From positions 128,001-192,000 of the forward strand of contig CAWBMV010000034.1 of assembly GCA_963789955.1 (NCBI GenBank): 64,000 nt of DNA, read 5' to 3'. Every line of letters starts with the position of its first letter. The stretch's first letter is position 1. Below, piece after piece: positions 58,272 through 64,000 of the stretch. This DNA comes from an uncultured Candidatus Rokubacteria bacterium (lineage in GTDB: Bacteria > Methylomirabilota > Methylomirabilia > Rokubacteriales > CSP1-6). A model generated the notes under the pieces. That model was given only the letters and a program-made list of their open reading frames with translations, had not been told where the DNA came from and ran no database searches. A program made the position numbers and the translations under genes.

Positions 58272-61200
58272 GACGTCATGGTCGTGCGGGCGGCCGGCGC
58301 CTGCGCGAGATGGGCGGCCAGGGTCCGGATCGTCGGGTACTGGAACATGTCGAGGATGGAGACGTCGAGCCCGAGCGCGTTCGTCAGACGAGCCTGCACG
58401 GCGACGAGCAACAGAGAGTGGCCGCCCAGATCGAAGAAATTATCGTCCACGTCGACCGTCGCGACCTGCAGGACCTCCTGCCAGGTGCGGCTCAGCATCC
58501 GCTCGATCTCGTTGCGCGGTCCCGGCTGTGCCTGCCGGGGAGGCAGCGGCGGCTCGGGCGCCGGCAGCCGGTCGCGCGCAACCTTTCCGTTCTCGGTGAG
58601 TGGTAACGCGTCCAGGACCACGATGAATGCCGGCACCATGTAATCGGGGAGCTTCGCGCGCAGGCCGTCGCGCAGCGCGACGGCCTTGGGCCCGGGCTGA
58701 TGCGACGCGGTCACGTACGCGACGAGCTGCCTTCCACGCGCGCCATCGTCTCGGGCCACCACGACGGCCTCGCCGACCAGCGGCTGCCGACACAGTACCG
58801 CCTCGATCTCGCCGAGCTCGATACGGAACCCACGAATCTTGACCTGGTTGTCACCGCGCCCGATGAACTCCAGCGCGCCGTCGGGCCGGTATTTCACGAG
58901 GTCGCCGGACCGATAGAGGCGCACGTTCCGGTCGCCGAGCGAGTGGACGATGAAGCGCTCCGCGGTCAGCTCCGGCCGATTGAGATACCCGCGAGCCAGA
59001 CCGTCGCCACCGAGATAGAGCTCGCCCGCGACGCCGACGGGCACGGGTTCGAGATTCGCGTCGAGCACGTACGCCTGGGTGTTCGCGATCGGACGTCCGA
59101 TGGGCGGTGGGCCGCCGCTGTCGGGAGCCACCGGCTGCCACGTGGCGACGACGGTGGTTTCGGTCGGGCCGTAGTGATTGACGACCTCGAATGGCAGCCC
59201 GCGGTCCGGCGGCCGATGGAGACGGTCGCCACCGGTGAGCACGGCGCGTATCTTGAGGCCACTCGGCCACGGCAGCTGCAGGGCCGCCTCCAGAAGGGGT
59301 GTTGCCATGAAGCAAAGGGTGATGCCCTCGGATGCGAGCCACGGCAGCAGCCTCGGCGGTGCGATCCGCGTCTCCTCGGCGGGGATGTGCAGACTGGCTC
59401 CGCTGGCCAGGTAGGGCCAGACTTCCCACACGGACGCATCGAAGCCGAGTCCGGCCAGAAGCGTCGCTCGATCAGCGGGCGTGACGTGGTAGACGTGCTG
59501 ATGCCACGTCACAAGGTTCACGAGACCGTCGTGCTGGAGCTCGACCCCCTTCGGCGTGCCGGTGGAGCCGGACGTGTAGATCACGTAGGCGAGATCCGCG
59601 CCGGTCACGCCCGCGTCGAGCGGACCGTCGAGCTCCTGGGCGATGTCCGGCCAGTCAGCGTCCAGTCGAAGACGCCGGGCGGGACTGGCCATCAGCCGGG
59701 CCTCGAGCTTCGCGTGGGTCAGCAGCACCGGCATCCGGGCATCCTCGATCATGAACGACAAGCGCTCGGCCGGATAGGCCGGGTCCAGTGGGACGTAGGC
59801 TCCTCCCGCCTTCAGCACGCCGAGGATGCCCACCAGGAGGTCCACCGAGCGCTCGAGGCACACGCCGACGAGGGATCCCGGACCCACACCCATCCGACCC
59901 AGTCGCCGCCCGAGCTGGTTCGCGCGCCGATCCAGCTCGCCGTAGGTGAGGTGACGCGCACCCGCGGCCACGGCGAGCGCGTCGGGCGCTCGCATCGCCT
60001 GGGCCGCGACGAGCCGATGGATGCAGGTATCACGCGGGTAGTCGAGAGTGGTGCTGTTCCAGTCGACGAGAATCTCGCGTCGCTCGCGGTCGGTGAGGAT
60101 CGCGAGCTGCGACAGGGCCCGGGACGGATCGCGAACGGCGTCAGCGAGGAGCGTCTGCAGATGACCGACCATTCGGGCGATCGTGTCGGCCATGAAGATG
60201 TCGGTGCTGTATTTCAGCGACCCATGCAGCGCTCCTGCCACTTCGACCATCTCGAGGACCAGATCGAACTGCCCCTCTTGCTGCGCGAGCGGCATCGGCT
60301 CGAGACGCAGACCACCGGGCGCGTCGACCGGGCCCTGACCGCCGGGCAGCAGTAAGCCTGCGAGCTCGTCGGTGCGCTGTAACCGCTGCAGCGCGAAGAT
60401 GGCCTGGAAGACCGGCGAGCGTCCCGGATCGCGACCGAATCCGAGTCGCTCCACGAGCAGCGGGAAGGGGTAATCCTGGTGCTCGAGCGCCGACAGGACC
60501 GCATCCTTCGTGCGGTGCAGGAGCGTGCGGAAGCTCAGGTTGCCCCCACAGTCGACACGGATCGAGACGAGGTTGACGAAATGGCCGACGACCTCCGCGA
60601 ACCTCGCGCTGCTGCGTCCGAACGTCGGCGAGCCGACGATGACGTCATCCTGCCCGCTGTAGCGATGGAGCAGCGCCTGGAATCCGGCGAGCAAGGTCGC
60701 GTAGAGCGTCGTGCCCTCGGCCTGGGCCAGCGACTTCAGCTGTTCCGTCAGCGCTCCGGATAACACGAAGGTGTGTGAGGCTCCGCGATAGCTCGGCAGC
60801 CGTGGGCGCTGTCGATCCGCGGGCAACGCGAGCACCGGCAGGTCGCCGGCGAGTCGGCGACGCCAGTACGCCAGCTGCCGCTGGCCTTCGGGTCCGTCAA
60901 CCAGCTCACGTTGCCAGCCGACGAAGTCCGAGTACTGCGCGGTCGGCATCGGGAGAGACGATGCGGTCCCGGCCGCCTGCGCCGCGTACAGCGTGCGCAG
61001 CTCGTCCAGGAGCAGCAGGGCGGACGATCCGTCGGCGGCGATATGGTGGATGACGAACAGGAACGCGTGGTCATCGGCTCGGCGCGTGAAGAGGTGGCCG
61101 CGGGCGATGGGTCCTGCCTGGAGGTCGAACGGCTGCCGGTAGGCCGTCGCCACGTCTTCGGCGAGATCGCTTTCCGTTCGTCCAGAGACATCGACCACGT

Positions 61201-61618
61201 CGAGTCGGGCAGCGAGGCCGCCGCGGACGCGCTGCACGGGTCCCTCTGCCGTCACCGCGTACGTGGTCCGCAAGGTCGCGTGGCGGTCCACGAGCCCCTG
61301 GAGCGCCGCCCGCAAGGCCCCGACGTCGACGGTCGAGCGGATGCGAATCGCGATCCCGATGTGATAGGCCGCACTGGCCGGAGCTCGCTGGTGTTGCAGC
61401 CACAGCGCCACTTGCCCGAACGACAGCGGCAAGGCCGTCGCCGTTGCCCCAGCGCGGTCGCGGAGCTCGGCGATGACCTCCAGCTTCCGGTTCACCAGCG
61501 CGTCGCGCAATTCCGGCGTGAGCGCTCCCCGCGGCGCGCGGAAGCGAAGGTGATCGCCCTCGGGCCACAGCGTGATGTCCCGTCGAGCGAGCTCGCTCAG
61601 GAGATGTGAGAGCGTCAA
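58268..61618 (-). CDS. NRPS: beta-hairpin docking - C - A(Leu) - PCP (intact ORF)
   Basis: [53 protein letters not shown]. Confidence 0.93.
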   Translation of the reverse strand: MTLSHLLSELARRDITLWPEGDHLRFRAPRGALTPELRDALVNRKLEVIAELRDRAGATATALPLSFGQVALWLQHQRAPASAAYHIGIAIRIRSTVDVGALRAALQGLVDRHATLRTTYAVTAEGPVQRVRGGLAARLDVVDVSGRTESDLAEDVATAYRQPFDLQAGPIARGHLFTRRADDHAFLFVIHHIAADGSSALLLLDELRTLYAAQAAGTASSLPMPTAQYSDFVGWQRELVDGPEGQRQLAYWRRRLAGDLPVLALPADRQRPRLPSYRGASHTFVLSGALTEQLKSLAQAEGTTLYATLLAGFQALLHRYSGQDDVIVGSPTFGRSSARFAEVVGHFVNLVSIRVDCGGNLSFRTLLHRTKDAVLSALEHQDYPFPLLVERLGFGRDPGRSPVFQAIFALQRLQRTDELAGLLLPGGQGPVDAPGGLRLEPMPLAQQEGQFDLVLEMVEVAGALHGSLKYSTDIFMADTIARMVGHLQTLLADAVRDPSRALSQLAILTDRERREILVDWNSTTLDYPRDTCIHRLVAAQAMRAPDALAVAAGARHLTYGELDRRANQLGRRLGRMGVGPGSLVGVCLERSVDLLVGILGVLKAGGAYVPLDPAYPAERLSFMIEDARMPVLLTHAKLEARLMASPARRLRLDADWPDIAQELDGPLDAGVTGADLAYVIYTSGSTGTPKGVELQHDGLVNLVTWHQHVYHVTPADRATLLAGLGFDASVWEVWPYLASGASLHIPAEETRIAPPRLLPWLASEGITLCFMATPLLEAALQLPWPSGLKIRAVLTGGDRLHRPPDRGLPFEVVNHYGPTETTVVATWQPVAPDSGGPPPIGRPIANTQAYVLDANLEPVPVGVAGELYLGGDGLARGYLNRPELTAERFIVHSLGDRNVRLYRSGDLVKYRPDGALEFIGRGDNQVKIRGFRIELGEIEAVLCRQPLVGEAVVVARDDGARGRQLVAYVTASHQPGPKAVALRDGLRAKLPDYMVPAFIVVLDALPLTENGKVARDRLPAPEPPLPPRQAQPGPRNEIERMLSRTWQEVLQVATVDVDDNFFDLGGHSLLLVAVQARLTNALGLDVSILDMFQYPTIRTLAAHLAQAPAARTTMTS

Positions 61619-64000
61619 ATCCGGCCTTCCTCGAAGTCGTCGGCCACAGTGGGCGGCGACTCCACGACGCTCGCGGTTTCGAGGCGCGTCGTCACGAAGG
61701 CCAGCAGTGTCGCCACACTCGGCCGCTCGAGGAGCTGGACCATCGGAAGGGCGATGCCGAAATCGCGCTCGATGCGGTTCTTGAGCTCGACCGCCATCAG
61801 CGAGTCGAACCCGAGCTCACCGAGCGGCTGCTCGGCGTCCAGCTCGGCTGTCGGCACACCGGTGATCGCCGCGACTTGATCTGTCAAATAGCCGGCCAGG
61901 GTGTCGCGCCGCGCGACCTCGTCCAGCTGTCGAATCGACCCGGCGCCGGGGACCGGAGGCCCGGATACTCCATCCTGCAACGCGTCGCCCAGATCGCGGA
62001 GAAGCGGGGCCTGCATGAACGTCGGATAGAGCTGCCGCCAGCGCCGCCAGTCTATCGGGAGCACCGCCGCCTGCGTTGCGCCGCTGAGCAGGATACGCCG
62101 GAGCGCCTCGATCCCGGCGGCCGGCGTGATCATCGCCTCCTCCGCGGTTGCTCCGACCGGCCGGCGCGCCACGCGCGCCGCCATTCCGATTTCCGACCAC
62201 GCCGCCCAGTTGATGCTCACCGCGTGGCGGCCGAGGGCCAGGCGGTGGTGCGCGAGGGAGTCGAGGAATGCATTGGCGGCGGCATATCCGCTGACCAGGG
62301 GCGAGCTGAGCACGGAAGCCGCCGACGAGAACAGCACGAAGAAGTCGAGCGGTGCGTCGGCGAGGAGCCGATGCAACAGCCACGCGCCGGCGATCTTCGC
62401 GCGGCCGACCGCGATCTGCGCGGCCGCGTCGTACTCTTCCATCGCCTGATACTGCATGACTCCGGCCGCATGGATGACGCCACGAATCGGTGGCCAGCCC
62501 TGCTGCCGGAAGCCCTCGAGAAATTCCCCCAGTGCGCGTGCGTCGCCGACGTCGATGCCGGCCAGGTGAACGCTGGCTCCCTGGCGCTCGAGATCACGGA
62601 CCGCTCTCGCCTGATCCGCCTGCGTCCCCGGGGGGAGCGTCGACCAGAGCGCGCGAGGCGGAAGCGAGGTGCGGCCCAGGAGGATCAGGCGCCGGGCGCC
62701 TTGCTCGACCATCCACCGTGCGACCTCCAACCCGAGTCCGCCCAGCCCTCCGGTGACGAGGTACGTGGCGTCGACGCGCCAATGGAGGTTCCGAGACGTC
62801 GGGCTCCGGCGGAACCGTCCGAGGCGGGCGACGAATCGGACACCGTCGCGAAACGCGACCTGATCCTCACCGTCGCTCGCGGCGATCTCGTCGTAGAGCA
62901 ACGCCGCGGAAGCATTCGGAGGGGTCTGGGCGTCGAGGTCGAGCAGACCTCCCCATAGCTCTGAATGCTCGACGGCCAGACTGCGACCGAAGCCCCACAG
63001 CGGCGACTGGGCTACCGCCAGCGGCGTCGGTCCACCAACCGGCTGAGCGCCGCGCGTCACGAGCCACATTCTTGGCCGCGGGCCCTCGGCGGGCCGAGTC
63101 AGGGCCTGCACGACCCGCACGGCGCTCATCCACCCGAGCGTCTGGACCGTCTCGAGCGGCCCGATGTCCAGCTGATCGCCAGACGGACTGTCGAGGCTCC
63201 ACAGATGAACGACGTGGGTGACCGGACGCTCGCCGGGCGCGGCCGCATCGATCAGCGATCGCATATCGGATACCGCGTCGACACGAATCGTGTAGGTGTC
63301 GTGCCCGGTCTGCTCGAACCGCGCGCCGCGACGGACGCGCACGCATCGCCCGCCCCGCGATCCGAGCTCGGCCGCCAGCGCCCGGCCCACTCCGCCCTCG
63401 TCCTCGAAGATCAGCCAGGCCGAATCCGTCGTCGCGGGCGCCGCTCGTTCGCGCCCTCGTCGCTCCCATCGAAGCTGGTAGAGCCAGTTGTCCGCACTCC
63501 GCGTCGTCGGCGCCGCATCGTCGGAGTCCAGGTACCAGAAGCGAACGCCGAGCAGCTCTGCGACGACGGCCTCGTGCTCGTCGTAGATCCGGATGTCGCC
63601 GCTCAAGACGTTGCTCGCACCCTTCGTGGCCTTCACGGCACGCGCGTGCGACCAGAATCGTTCGCCGCGGAGCGGACGGTGGATACGGACCTCGTCGATG
63701 CCGCCTCCGACGAACGCTCCGCGGGTACGCGAGGCACCCTCCGCCGGACGGATGGCGGCGAGCAGTTGACCACACGCGTCCGCCACCGCGGGATGGAAGC
63801 GATACTTGACCATGTCCGCGCGCAGCGCCGGCACTGCTTGCACCTCGCTCACGACCTCCTCGCCGGCCCGCCACAAGCGCACGAGACCTTGAAAGCACGG
63901 TCCCCACTGGTTTCCCCGCCGGGCCAGCTCGTGGTAAAACGCCGTCCCGGCCAGCTCCTCTGTGCACCGTGCGCGCGCCTCGTTCAACGCCGACGGCGCC
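61615..64000 (-). CDS. Type I PKS C-terminal part: DH - KR - ACP (5' end beyond window)
   Basis: WGPCFQG and HPAVADA (DH second half), TGGLGGLG, HAAG, YAAAN, LGFDSLMAVEL. Ends DDFEEGRI. Confidence 0.92.
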   Translation of the reverse strand, partial: APSALNEARARCTEELAGTAFYHELARRGNQWGPCFQGLVRLWRAGEEVVSEVQAVPALRADMVKYRFHPAVADACGQLLAAIRPAEGASRTRGAFVGGGIDEVRIHRPLRGERFWSHARAVKATKGASNVLSGDIRIYDEHEAVVAELLGVRFWYLDSDDAAPTTRSADNWLYQLRWERRGRERAAPATTDSAWLIFEDEGGVGRALAAELGSRGGRCVRVRRGARFEQTGHDTYTIRVDAVSDMRSLIDAAAPGERPVTHVVHLWSLDSPSGDQLDIGPLETVQTLGWMSAVRVVQALTRPAEGPRPRMWLVTRGAQPVGGPTPLAVAQSPLWGFGRSLAVEHSELWGGLLDLDAQTPPNASAALLYDEIAASDGEDQVAFRDGVRFVARLGRFRRSPTSRNLHWRVDATYLVTGGLGGLGLEVARWMVEQGARRLILLGRTSLPPRALWSTLPPGTQADQARAVRDLERQGASVHLAGIDVGDARALGEFLEGFRQQGWPPIRGVIHAAGVMQYQAMEEYDAAAQIAVGRAKIAGAWLLHRLLADAPLDFFVLFSSAASVLSSPLVSGYAAANAFLDSLAHHRLALGRHAVSINWAAWSEIGMAARVARRPVGATAEEAMITPAAGIEALRRILLSGATQAAVLPIDWRRWRQLYPTFMQAPLLRDLGDALQDGVSGPPVPGAGSIRQLDEVARRDTLAGYLTDQVAAITGVPTAELDAEQPLGELGFDSLMAVELKNRIERDFGIALPMVQLLERPSVATLLAFVTTRLETASVVESPPTVADDFEEGRI

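Overview
GC-rich (about 70% by eye) bacterial DNA. Gene content and style resemble soil Methylomirabilota/'Rokubacteria', but this is inference only. Many single-base indels split clear genes and are probably long-read or assembly errors. 1-44 kb is metabolic/housekeeping: Liv-type ABC transporters bracketed by two MetE-II paralogs; an MBL-REC-cNMP-GGDEF signalling locus; a citrate synthase-aconitase-PrpF-acyltransferase-creatininase-crotonase run; a YcaQ glycosylase; an acyl-CoA synthetase/CCG/LLM trio; hemE-hemH-hemY; and a MurNAc/GlcNAc recycling set (kinase, NagZ, NamZ, MurQ) interleaved with envelope genes that carry sigma54-like promoters. 44.5-64 kb is the 3' end of a hybrid PKS-NRPS cluster on the minus strand: PKS(DH-KR-ACP), NRPS(Leu), NRPS(Gly), PKS(KS-ATmal-KR-ACP), NRPS(Gly)-TE and a SyrD/PvdE-type exporter. 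It is the best candidate for an undescribed system, because it has a Cys-nucleophile thioesterase, a predicted statine-like gamma-amino-beta-hydroxy unit, and docking domains that do not pair up with gene order. A second pattern is tiny bidirectional, apparently leaderless promoters between divergent genes. I recognised no rRNA, tRNA, CRISPR array or mobile element.
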